From Squalus acanthias (taxonomy: Eukaryota): a stretch of DNA of 64,000 nucleotides. The stretch covers positions 53,134,001-53,198,000 of the forward strand of contig CM059437.1 in assembly GCA_030390025.1 (NCBI GenBank), written 5' to 3'. Shown piece by piece: positions 13,560 to 24,689 of this stretch; position 1 is the stretch's first letter; each line of letters begins with the position of its first letter. The position numbers and the translations under genes are program-made. The notes under the pieces are model-generated. The model was not told the origin of the DNA. It searched no databases and worked only from the letters and a program-made list of their open reading frames with translations.

Positions 13560-15679
13560 AAAGAGTCTGCAAAGGGATGTAGATTGGTTAAGTGAGTGGG
13601 CAAAAATTTGGCAGATGGAGTATAATGTGGGTAAATGTGAGGTTATCCACTTTGGTAGGAAAAATAAAAGAGTAAATTATTATTTAAATGGAGAGAGACT
13701 ACACAATGCTGTGGTACAGAGGGATCTGGGGGTCCTCGTCGATGACATACAAAGAGTTAGCATGCAGGTACAGCAAGTAATTAGGAAGGCAAATGGAATG
13801 TTGGCCTTTATTGCAAGGGGGATGGTATATAAAAGTTGGGAAGTCTTGCTACAATGGTACAGGGCGCTGGTGAGACCATACCTGGAGTACTGCGTGCAGA
13901 TTTGGTCTCCTAATTTAAGGAGGGATATACTTGCATTGGATGCAGTTCAGAGAAGGTTCACTAGGTTAATTCCTGAGATGAAGGGGTTGTCTTATGAAGA
14001 AAGGTTGAGCAGGTTGAGCCTATACTCATTGGAGTTTAGAAGAATGAGAGGTGATCTTCTTGAAACATATAAGTTTCTGAGGGGGCTTGACAGGGTAGAT
14101 GCAGGGAGGATGTTTCCCCTCGTTGGGAAATCTAGAACTAGGGGGCACACTTTCAGGATAAGGGGTCACCCATTCAAAACTGAGATGAGGAGGAATTTCT
14201 TCTCTCAGATGGTCGTGAATCTTTGGAATTCTCTACCCCAGAGAGCTGCGAAGGCGGTGTCATTGAATATATTCAAGGTGGAGATAGACATATATTTGAG
14301 CTACAGGGGAGTCAAGGGTTATGGGGAGCGGCTGGGAATGTAGAGTTGAGGCCAAGATCTGATCAGCCATGATATTATTGAATAGCGGGGCAGGCCCGAA
14401 GGGCCGAATGGCCTACTCCTACTCTTACTTCTTATGTTCTTATGTAATATCGCTGTTAAATACCCCATTAGAAGTTAGACCTTGTTGGATTAGGTTAACT
14501 GGGGTTTTAAAATCATATTGACTTCTAAACATACATTATGGCCCATAAAAACCTTTTCCTCCATTATATTAAAAATTACAACTTTTAAGATACTTCAAAA
14601 AAATTATATTTTTTAATGCTTGTTGATATTTATTTCAGGTTTAACTTTTCCAATGTGAGAGCCCCAATCTTTGCTTTACACACTGTAACATTTTAAAATA
14701 GTCAGAATAAAAGGAGCTCCTTCACTTCCTGGTTCCCTGTCTGTGTAATTCTGCCTTGTGAGTGGCTGCTTAGAGACCTTGTTGACGTCACAGCAGCTGG
14801 CCTTCGGAATTCCTCACTATACTGCAATGATCTCAATTGCAAGCCGAAAAAGCCAAACTTCTCGAAACAGAGATTGCGTGATCTTTGTGAGCAGCTTTCT
14901 TCGGGGCCAACGCCGAATGACTTTGCTTCACCGCTTACCACAAATTATGGGACAGATTTTTTTTTAATACGTAAGAAATCTACAACAATAATTAAAATCT
15001 GAAGGAATGAGATGTCACACTTGTAAAAATAAATTTTCAATGCTAGGGAGTATGTGTAGCAGTATCACACCATTAGAAAAACCCACTTATAAATGAATGC
15101 ACCAGTCCTAACATTTTCTGGCTGCTTAATGGGTAGCTTCACGCCCTCACATGGATTTCAATGCCGAGTCTATCGGCGAGGTACCGTTGTAACAAAGCTT
15201 GAGGAGGAGCAGGGCATATTCGACAGCAACTGCCGGATTTCCACTTTTAATTGCGTTTTTGCGGACTCCAGAAGTTGCTGTCCAAATTACTCCATAATAG
15301 CTGTGAGCGCTGTCAGCCTCACTGTTATTCTTAACACAAAATCCGGGCCATTGCGTATAAACTGGACTTAAAGCATAGAATGTTACAACGTTACTCGCAG
15401 CGGGACTGGACACCCTCAGGTGCTTGCAAAGCACATCGAGTTTGATCAACTTATTAATGTTAATCAGGTTGTATCTCAATGTCTTATGTACTGTGTTATG
15501 ACTGTTCCCTTTGTACCTTAACATATTTTCTTCTTCTTTTGTAGCTTCTTTTATAACTGTAATAAAACATATATACGTTGAACCAAAGCTTACTCTAGTC
15601 TTTGAGTACCAAAGACCCAATCTAATATAAGTTTCCCATAAGTGGCAGGTGTAAGAGGCCAGATTTAGGATCATAGCAG

Positions 15680-17217
15680 CATAGGAACAAAATAGGCCAT
15701 TCAGCCCCTCCAGCCTGTTCTGTCATTCAGTGAGATCATGTCCGGCCTGTAGCTTAACTCCATCCACTTGCCTTGGCTCAATATCCTACACGGTGGCATA
15801 GTGGTTAGCACTGGTGCCTCACAGCGCCAGGGACCCGGGTTCGAATCTGACCTCGGGTGACTGTCTGTGTGGAGTTTGCACATTCTCCCCGTGTCTGCGT
15901 GGGTTTCCTCCGGGTGCTCCGGTTTCCTCCCACAGTCCAAAAATGTGCGGGTTAGGTTGATTTGGCTATGATAAATTGACCCTTAGTGTTAGGGGGGGAT
16001 TAAATATGTGGGGTTATGGGGATAGGATGGGATATGTTAGGGGGAATTAAATACGTGGGGTTACGGGGGTAGGGTGGGATATGTGTACTGTGGGGATTAA
16101 AGCAGGGACAGGGTACTGGATTTGGATGATCAGCCATGATCGTATTGAATGGTGGAGCAGGCTCGACGGGCCGAATGGCCTACTCCTGCTCCTAGATTCT
16201 ATGTTTCTATGTTTCTATGTTTACTATACCCTTGTCCAGCAAAAATCTATCGAATTCCAATTTAAAATTATTAATTGAGCTAGTACCTACTGCTTTTTGT
16301 TCGAGAGAGTTTCACACTTCTGCCACCTTTGCGTGAAGAATTGTTTCCTAACTTCTCTCCTGAATGGCCTGGCTCTGTTTTTTAAGACTATGTTCCCTTG
16401 TCCCAGATTCCCACACAAGTGAAAAAACTTTTTCTCTACCTACCCTAACAATTCCTTTCAAAATCCTAAAAACCTCAATCAAATCACCCCTGAACCTTTT
16501 ATTTTCCATGGAATATAAGCCTAATGTATGTAATCTCTCCTCATAATCTAACCCTTGCAGCCCTGTTAACATTGTGGAGAATACGTGCTGCAATCCTTCC
16601 ATGGCCAAAATTTGCAAGGCAACGGGGAAAGGGCGGGGGTGTGGGACTAGCTGAAGTGCTCTTGCAGAGAGCTGGCACGGGCTCGTCTCATGGCCTCCTT
16701 CTGTGCTGTAACCATTCCATCATTCTATGATATCCGTCATAAGGTGCGGTGCCCAGAAATGTCTACTACTTTAGATACTTCCTAAAATTTCTCTAGGTGC
16801 TGAATCTCTCTGTCCTTAATTATAGAGTCCAATAACTTCCCCACAACAGATGTTAGACTAACATGTCTTTAATTTCCCTATTTCTCTCTCAGATTTCTTA
16901 AATAATGGAGTTACATTTGCAATTTTTCAATCTAAAGTGACAATTCCGGAATCGAGAGAGCTTTGGAGATTATGGCGAAAGCATCTGCAATTTCCTCACA
17001 TTCTTCATTTGAAACGTTTGGGTGGAAAATATCAGGACCTGTAATTTGTCAGTCTTTTGTGCTCTTATTTTTTCTCATACTGTTTTCTTGCTCACGTTAA
17101 CTTTAGTGAGGTCCAGTCCTTAATTCATTATTAATTTCCCTGTAATGCCAGCCATATTATTCTCTTCCAGTACGGTGAAGATAAGTCTGCCATTTCCTTA
17201 TTTTCATTTGATATATT
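15680..17217 (-). mobile_element. Degenerate CR1 fragments
   Basis: Peptide YEERLHTLGLYS...RGDLIEVFRILKG. The paralog at about 54335-56480 is longer. Confidence 0.75.
15787..16220 (+). mobile_element. HE1-type V-SINE (tRNA head, V-domain, CR1 3' tail), specific to copy A
   Basis: A box TGGCATAGTGG, B box GGTTCGAATC, core GTGTGGAGTTTGCACATTCTCCCCGTGTCTGCGTGGGTTTCCTCCGGGTGCTCCGGTTTCCTCCCACAGTCCAAA and tail (TCTATGTT)n. It is absent at about 54443 in copy B. Confidence 0.9.
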
Positions 17218-17681
17218 GGCCAGGATATTCCGCTCGGAGGCTTCCCGCCGGCGAAAGCCCCCGACCTGCAAAAAACAACCGCACCGACCATAATGCTCTG
17301 GGCCCACGTAAACTTCTGATGTAATCCTGAGGATTTCTGGGCAGCATATGACGTCACGCCGCCCAGGACCGCAGCGTGCGCGGGACCTCGGGCGTCGAGC
17401 GTAGGGGAGTCCCGCCCTCAGAAGTCGTATTTCCATAGGCCACGCCCCCGATTTTTTCAACTCTTCAGAAGCATTGGAAACTGAAAGTAGCTGGAAAACT
17501 GCATGGTAAGTTGCTTCTTTACAGTTTTTTGAATCTTTTGCAAACTTTTAGAAACTTTTAAAGACTTTTACATGGATTTGAAGAATCTTAAATAGTTTTA
17601 AAGAGATTTGAAGCAATTTAAAGAGTTTTAAAAGACCTGAAAACACTTTTTTCATTCATTTCAATTAATCAGCAAAGTGAA

Positions 17682-19482
17682 ATGGAAGGACTGAGCACAA
17701 TCAACATCATTAAGAGAGCTCAGTATTTCAGTGACGATGACATCAGCACACACCTCAATGAGGTTGAGCCGAAGCGCCCATGGATCCTTGGGAATGAGAA
17801 GTCCAGGGTGCCACGCAAAGGACAGATGACACCTTGGTCAGAAGTTGCCCAGGCTGTCAGCGCGAACTCCACCATTCCACAGACAGCGGAACAAAGCCGC
17901 AAAAAAATTAATGATTTAATGCGATCTGCCAAGGTTTGTACAGTTATTAGAAAAGTCAACTGTAATATTTCTTTAAATTTAACAGAACTAGTTTTAAAAA
18001 GCTCTTAGATACACGTGTGTTGTCAAGTGACTTAATTATCCAAGCATGTGAGCTTGCCATAAAAGTTTATGGCTTTGGGGCTAGCTCAGCGTCATCCATT
18101 GTGCTCTTATCTTGATTCCACAGGTTTCAGTTGTAAAATTTCAATTAGTGAGTGAAAAAAAACCCTGTCTCCAAAGCAGGTTGTGTCCCTGTCTCAAAGG
18201 CACGTGGGTGGTCTCTGCAGCAAAAACTGCAGTTTCATGACATTTCATATTTTCTGTTTTCATTTTAAAGTAAAATTGTTAACAATGCCAGGGAACGTGC
18301 ACTGACAGGCGGTGGTGTTGTCACTCTAAGGGATTTATCCGAGTGTGAGGAAGGGGTCGAGCAGCTGCTTGGAATTAGTAGCGGCCGTACAGTGCCTGCT
18401 GCCAAATCAGACATTGGGATAAGGAAAGGTGAGTTGGTCTGGCCGCTATATGTTTAAAAATGTTAGGTGTGTGTCGAATATCAGCTTCTGTGATGTGGCA
18501 GGTCATGCTTTACCTTTGCAAATGTTTACTGTTTCCTTTCCACAGGCGGACAGCATACTTCTCACACACGGGATGAACAGTGTGTTGAGTCTGCGGCCAC
18601 AGAGGGCATTGGGGAAGGGGTTACAGATACAATGGGAGCAGTAAGTGAGGTGGTGGAGGAGGAGGAGGACGATTTTGCGCTTTGTCAGCTAGTGGAAGAT
18701 GAGGGTATGGACCCTGGGTGGCTGCACAGTACCTCTCCATCTCCTGGCCCCCCCTGGCTCTGTGCGAGGCACAGATGACTGTCGTTCCACATCCAGACAC
18801 CAACCTGATACTGCAGAGCAGGTGGGAGAAGCAGAAAGACGTTCAACGCTACGGAATGACATAGAAGCTCAGGTGGAACAGATTGAAGAGTTGAGGCAAG
18901 AGATGTGTACTCTTCATGGGAAGAAAGTTGACTCTCTTGCCTCCATCAGGCAGGGAATTGATGTTCTTGGTAAAGATGTTACTATGTCGCTTAATCAGAT
19001 ACTATTGCAGTTGCAAAAAGCAGATCATGTTACTATGGCACTTAATCAGATACTATTGCAGTTGCAAAAAGCAGATCATGTTACGATGGTGCTTAATCAG
19101 CTAAATGAGTCTCTCGTTCGACTCTTACAGTTGCTTGAAACAGTTTCTGCTGCCATTACTTTGACTCCCGCAGAACCGCCCTTACCTGCTCCCAGTGCAG
19201 AAACAGTGCAGGCCCACGAGACAACAGCTCCGACAGTCCTGATGTCAGCAAACGTTGCCTTTCAGCAGCAGCGGTAGCAGCGGCAGCAGCAGCAGCAACC
19301 CTGTCAGGAGGCAATTGCTGAAGGGCAAGAGATGGCACACAGAGACCTTTCAATTGGCAGCAGAGGGCTCCAGTCATGGGGAAGGGAAAAGCGCAGGAGA
19401 CAGTAGGTTGTCACCTTTTGCACAATCCACCTCCTTTGACCCTCAGGCACAGATGCGAAGGGGCAAATCGTCAATTCTTTAA
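17682..19482 (+). pseudogene. Harbinger Myb/SANT-like DNA-binding protein, about 3 exons (17682-17933, about 18269-18428, about 18546-19482), disrupted
   Basis: Motifs FSDDDI..L..EV, W.EVAQAVSA, RKKINDL and RERALTGGG, with an acidic tract and a coiled-coil-like repeat. The exon 2 acceptor AG is AA here (AG in copy B), and exon 3 has frameshifts. Confidence 0.75.
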
Positions 19483-19938
19483 TGTTTTGTTTTATTTAAA
19501 TGTTAAATGTTGTCGTTGCTTTTTTTATTGAAATATAAATTTGTGACTGAACGTGTATGTAACCTTTTCGTTTAAAAAGTAAAGCCTCTAGTCACTTTGA
19601 AAAAAAATTCAACTTTTTTATTTGCAAAATTATTTAAAATTACAACTGTTTGAAAATTAGAAAATAGCTAGTTTCCATCTTGAATGTCTTTATTGCATTA
19701 AAAACCGAAAAAAGTCACTTTAACCTTTTTACAAATCTTATTCAAAAAAATTATGTTTGCGAATGTTTGAAAAGTAGAAAATAGTTAGTTAACATTTAAA
19801 AGTTAAAAATTAAGAACATCAAAACTGAACCTCAAAAGTCTTTGATGCTGCAATAACATTTCACTGTTCCACTTTAAATTGTGTCTGTTCCTTTCTTTGC
19901 CTTGCTGGGGGAGGGGGAGGTACAAGGTGACACTATCA

Positions 19939-21066
19939 TCACCTCGTGAAGGTGTTGGCTTCTAGCAGTTCCCGAGCAGCCACACCTCCCCATCAGGCCT
20001 GGCCACAGGCACATTGGCATCGTCTATGTCCTTCATTTCAGCAGGGAGCTCCTCTGCAGGGTTAAGGGTCAGTCCTTCCCGCAGGGCAAAATTATGCAAA
20101 GCACAACAGGCAACCACAATCCTTGCCACTTTCAGAGGAGAATACTGCAAAGTCCCCCCTGATCTACCAGGCACCGGAACCGTGATTTCAGAACCCCGAT
20201 TCTCCTCTCCACCACTTGCCGTTTGGACACGTGTGCCTGGTTGTATCTCTCCTGAGCCTCATTATTGGTCTTGCGGTAGGAAGTCATTAGCCATCGTCTT
20301 AGCGGGTAGCCCTTGTCGCCCAATATCCATGCAGATCCTGGAAGCAATGTGCTGAGGGTGCCATATAAGTCCGAGTTACGGAGGACGAAGGAGTCATGAG
20401 CACTTCCCCGGTGATCTGCATTCACGGTTAGGATCCTGAAGTGCACATTATAGACTATCATGACATTCAATGAACGAAACCCTTTCCTGTTGATGTATGT
20501 CACAGGTGCATCCAGTGGTGCCTTCAATTCAACATGGGTTTCATTGACGGCCCCAATGACTTTGGGGAATCCAGAAGTGCTATAAAATGCAAGGGCCATC
20601 TCCTTTTGATGACGAGTGACAAGTCAAAGTCTATGAACTCTGAAGCCCTACGGAAAATGGCATCTGTGTCCTGGTGAATGCAGGCCAATGCAGCACTCTG
20701 GTAGATTTTGGAAATGTCACCGGTGCCTGCCTGAAATGACCCACTTGCAAAGAAGGTCAATGCTGTGGTTCCCTTCAAGTTCACTGACGAGGCAGTGCTG
20801 GTCTTCGAATGTGTTTGAAGGTCCTCCTTTAACAAGTCATATAGTCGGCTGATTGCCTCTTTACTGAAGCGCAGCTTCCTCACACACAACTCCTCCGACA
20901 GCATCTCAAATGATAGCCTCTCCCTGTACACGGTCTGGGGTGGGTAGTAGTTCCTCCTGATCAGGAGACGGTGATGGTTCCTCAGTCTTCTTTGTTGATC
21001 CCTGGCGTTTCCAATTCTCTGATACCCAATCGCACCGAGGATCAGGGCAACATCGTCAAAGGGCAT
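19939..21066 (-). pseudogene. Harbinger (HARBI1-family) DDE transposase, frameshifted
   Basis: Motifs FFASGSFQ, GFPKVIGAV(D>N)..HV, YINRKGF, GSAHDSFV, LGDKGYP, VERRIGVLKSRFRCL and ACCALHN are spread over three frames. Confidence 0.9.
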
Positions 21067-21893
21067 GTTTCTCCCTCACAGGCTTCATCTTTAAACAGAT
21101 GAAGTACTTGTAAGGAAAAAATGGAAAGAGTTGTAAAAGTAATTTTAATAAAGTGAGTGGCTAGAAAATCACGTCGGGCTATGGTGGGAAACGTGCGGTA
21201 TCGGATTGGGAACACGTCATACCCGCCTGATGAATATCACAGCCCGAGATGATTTTCTAAGAGCTTTAACATTTTCACAAAGTCATACATACAATTTTTA
21301 AAGGGCATGGAAAAGTTAACATATAACTAATTGATATTTTCTGGCATAATTTTTTAAAACTTTAGTAAATGTTAAATAATTCATTTTTAAACAGACATTT
21401 TCACATTTAAGAAAATGAAATCTAATTCAATAGACCTTGCACACAGCAAGAGTTGCTCTTTATAAGTATACTACCCAAAACAAGATCCAAAACCGTTTTT
21501 AACAAATTAAAGTTGATAAAAACTTACCTCAGGCTTTCTACAAAGAACTTTGCTCACTTTCACAATTAAAAATGTTCCATTTCCAAGCCCACTGCTGAAA
21601 GAGTTCTTCTTCCTGCAGCTTCTTCCGGTGGAATGCAGGCTATACGCCTGCTTTTACTAGGCGCAGCTGTTTCGGACGTACCTGCACTGAAGCATTTGAG
21701 AAAAAATCGGAACTTTTATCCGGTAGCGCTGCCTATACTGCGCATGCGTTTGATCTCTCAATCCCTTTCTTGACAGATCGGAAATGCCGGTTTCCAGCGC
21801 ATGCGCTGTGCATGCCTAAAATCGGCATTTCCGATGTCCCTACGGGTGAGTGCACAGCGAGTACCCACCCGTAGGGATCGGAATATCCGGGCC

Positions 21894-22136
21894 AATAAGA
21901 ATGAAATCGGACGGTCCACCCGGCATTGACCTCGGCGCCGGCTATGAACACTGCAATGGCACACCCAGCCCAGTCAACCCTGCAAAGTAACAGCACTGTG
22001 GGAGTCCCTTCACCACACGGATTGCAGCGGTTCAAGAAGGCGGCTCACCACCACCTTCTCAAGGGCAACTAGTGATGGGCAAGAAGTGCTGGCCTTGCCA
22101 GCGACGCCCAGATCCCATAATCGAATTTTTAAAAAA
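21894..22136 (+). mobile_element. 3' half of a short bipartite derivative of the tRNA-headed LINE
   Basis: LINE 5' UTR sequence is joined directly to the LINE 3' tail at about 21988. In copy B the 5' half is at 57241-57568 and the 3' half at 62942-63185. Confidence 0.7.
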
Positions 22137-22874
22137 GGGAGGAAGCAGAAGAAGAAGGAAGGATGCAACCGAGACAGCCCCTTTCTGGCCAGGATATCTG
22201 AGATCGAATTAAGTGCCTGCGGTACAAGTGACCACAACCCCAATTCCCCTTTCAACATTAGCGACACACCTTACCTTCGCTCTGGTACAGACCATCACAG
22301 TGTCCTCTTGGTCACAATGCTGCAATAAAAGCCACCACAAAGTAGTCTTTTCAATTCAACTTTATACATCTATCCATCCAATATGACAGCAAGAAATCAA
22401 CTCATCACCTATATGCATTCTCTTTTTGACTGTCTATTTGACTGCCTTTGCCTATCCTACTGATGTCACGCAGTGCCACCCAGTGGCTGCAGCATGACTA
22501 ATGTGAGGCTGCTGAATTTCAATGGGGGGACACTGCAAATGTCCTTGATGGTCGACCTTGAGGAGCTGGTGGCTGGGTGTGTCACTTGGAGTAATGCAGT
22601 TTCTTCTTCCTCTTCTTCTTGTTCTTCTTCACTATCCTTTCCCTCTTCTTTGCCAACCATTGGCTGTCAGGCTGGATTTCTTGGGGTGTGAAATGAGGAA
22701 GGCACAAGGGTGGAGTTGTGGTGAGGGGAGGGCGGGAAAGCAAGGGGTGCATGCCAGAAGTAGGTAACATACTTCTGGCATACCATAATCTTGTATCCTT
22801 TCCGCAGTTGCTTGACCTGTTCACACACGCAACAGCTCCCCTGCAGAAGGCACTGCGCTGGACCAGGTGTCCGA

Positions 22875-23752
22875 TGCAGGAAGATATCAATAAATTAGTC
22901 AGGTGGGCAGAACAGTGGCAAATGGAATTCAATCCGGAAAATTGTGAGGTAATGCATTTGGGGAGGGCTAACAAGGAAAGGGAATACACGTTAAATGGTA
23001 GGATACTTGGTAGTGTCGAGGAACAAAGTGACCTTGGAGTGCATGTCCACAGATCCCTGAAGGTAGCAGGCCAGGTAGATAAGGTGGTTAAGAAGGCATA
23101 CGGAATGCTTGCCTTTATTAGCCGTGGCATAGAATACAAGAGCAGGGGGGGGGGGGTATGCTTCAACTGTATAAAACACTAGTTAGGTTCAGCTAGAGTA
23201 CTGCGTGCAGTTCTGGTCACCACATTACAGGGAAGATGTGATTGCACTAGAGAGGGTACCGAGGAGATTTACAAGGATGTTACCAGGAGTAGAGAATATT
23301 AGCTATGAGGAAACACTGGATAGGCTGGGTCTGTTTTCCTTGGAACAGAGGAGGCTCAGGGGAGACCTTATTGAGGTGTATAAAATTATGAGGGGCATAG
23401 ATAAAGTGGATAGAAAGGAGCTATTTCCCTTAGCAGAGGGGTCAAATTCCAAGAGGGCACAGATTTAAAGTAATTGGTGGAAGGTTTAGAGGGGATTTGA
23501 GGGGAATTTTCTTCACCCAGAGGGTTGTGGGGGTCTGGAACTCACTGCCTGCAAGGGTGGTACAGGCAGGAACCCTAATCACATTTAATAAGTACTTGGA
23601 TGTGCACTTCGGATGCTCTAACCTGCAGGGCTGCGGACCAAGAACTGTGAAGTGGGATTAGGCTGGATAGCTCTTTGTTGGCCGGAGCAGACACGATGGG
23701 CCGAAATGGCCTCCTTCCGTGCTGTACCTTTCTATGATTCTATGATTCTATG
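22875..23752 (+). mobile_element. CR1 LINE 3' fragment inserted in a ~200-bp tandem duplication
   Basis: Peptides WQMEFNPENCEVMHLG and LFSLEQRRLRGDLIE, with a (TTCTATGA)n tail. The flanks 22715-22875 and 23797-23958 are copies of each other. Confidence 0.85.
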
Positions 23753-24689
23753 AACAATTTGCCACGCAAAAGCCCGCAAAAGGTCTGTGGGCGTCTGTTG
23801 TGGTGAGGGGAGGGCGGGTAAGCAAGGGGTGCATGCCAGAAGTAGAATAACATACTCTGGCATGCCATCATCTTGTATCCTTTTCGCTGTTGCTTGACCT
23901 GCTCACACACGCAATAGTTCCCCTGCAGAAGGCACTGTGCTGGACCAGACGCCCGATGACATCAATTTGCCACTCAAAAACCCGCAAAAAGTCTGTGGGC
24001 ATCTGAAAGAATGATGAAAGGCGAGTGTTGTTCCTTCGTCATTAACTTCAAAATCTGGGCCATTAATAATTCATTACATTAAAGAACCTTGAGGCTGCTT
24101 TTGGGCCAGCATGTCAATCAATCTCAATGTCTCCAGCCAAGCGGCCATCTGACAACTTCCACAATAGGCAGAAACAGCCAACTAACGGTTTTCCCATGCA
24201 ATAAACACATAAACATAGATAACCAATGGAGAAAGTCTACCTTCCCACTTGAGTTTACCAAGGAGAGTTCAAAAACTGCTGATAATAACAACTTTGAATC
24301 AAAAGACCTATTCTACAGAAAAGCCTAAATTAAGTTATTTTCTTTTACCACTTCCTTCGCTCCACCACTGGCGTCCGTGCCTTCAGCCATACAGGCCTAT
24401 GTTCTGTAATTCCATCGCCCACCTCCCCCCAAAACCTCTTTCCATCTACAACTCACTCTACTCCTTGAAGGCCCTGCTTAAAACCTACCTCTTTGATCAA
24501 ATGTTTGGTCGTCTGTCCTAAAGCATCCTTCTCTGGTCTGGTGTCAATGTTTGACTGATTGCCCTCTCGTGGCGCTTTTTTTTTGGAAATTTTACTACAT
24601 TAAAGGATCTAATTAAATGCAAATTGTTCTTGTTATCTTGTGCTATGTTATGTTATATCTTAATTCTAGCCTTTTGTGGCAAATGATTC

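Larger units (their letters stand above)
11152..14446 (+). mobile_element. CR1 LINE ORF2 3' half, degenerate, carrying two MITE insertions
   Basis: RT fragments at 11390-11644, 12567-12700 and 13615-14343, with a (TTCTTATG) tail. The paralog is at about 46020-48650. Confidence 0.9.
7356..14955. mobile_element. Harbinger-type MITE split by two CR1 insertions (nested in another MITE ending near 15349)
   Basis: Left end GGCCTGGAATTTGTAGT and right end ACCACAAATTATGGGAC form an imperfect inverted repeat. Pieces lie at 7356-7401, 10907-11150 and 14447-14955. The first CR1 is absent in copy B. Confidence 0.45.
17218..21893. mobile_element. PIF/Harbinger DNA transposon copy A (two convergent genes, decayed)
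   Basis: TIRs GGCCAGGATATTCCG and CGGAATATCCGGGCC. It contains a Myb/SANT-like gene (+) and a DDE transposase (-). Confidence 0.9.
3854..22955 (+). repeat. Segmental duplication copy A (paralogous to about 42170-64000)
   Basis: The same ordered series of repeats and unique spacers occurs in both copies (e.g. 4201 vs 42512, 6690 vs 45005, 14450 vs 48650, 17221 vs 58320, 22861 vs 63912), with scattered substitutions and copy-specific insertions. Confidence 0.95.

Noticed and set aside
15789-15860. tRNA gene
   Set aside because: The A and B boxes belong to a SINE head, followed by the V-domain and a CR1 tail.
19939-21066. Domesticated host gene HARBI1 or NAIF1/MSANTD
   Set aside because: The genes are bounded by TIRs, paired as in a transposon, and disrupted in both copies.
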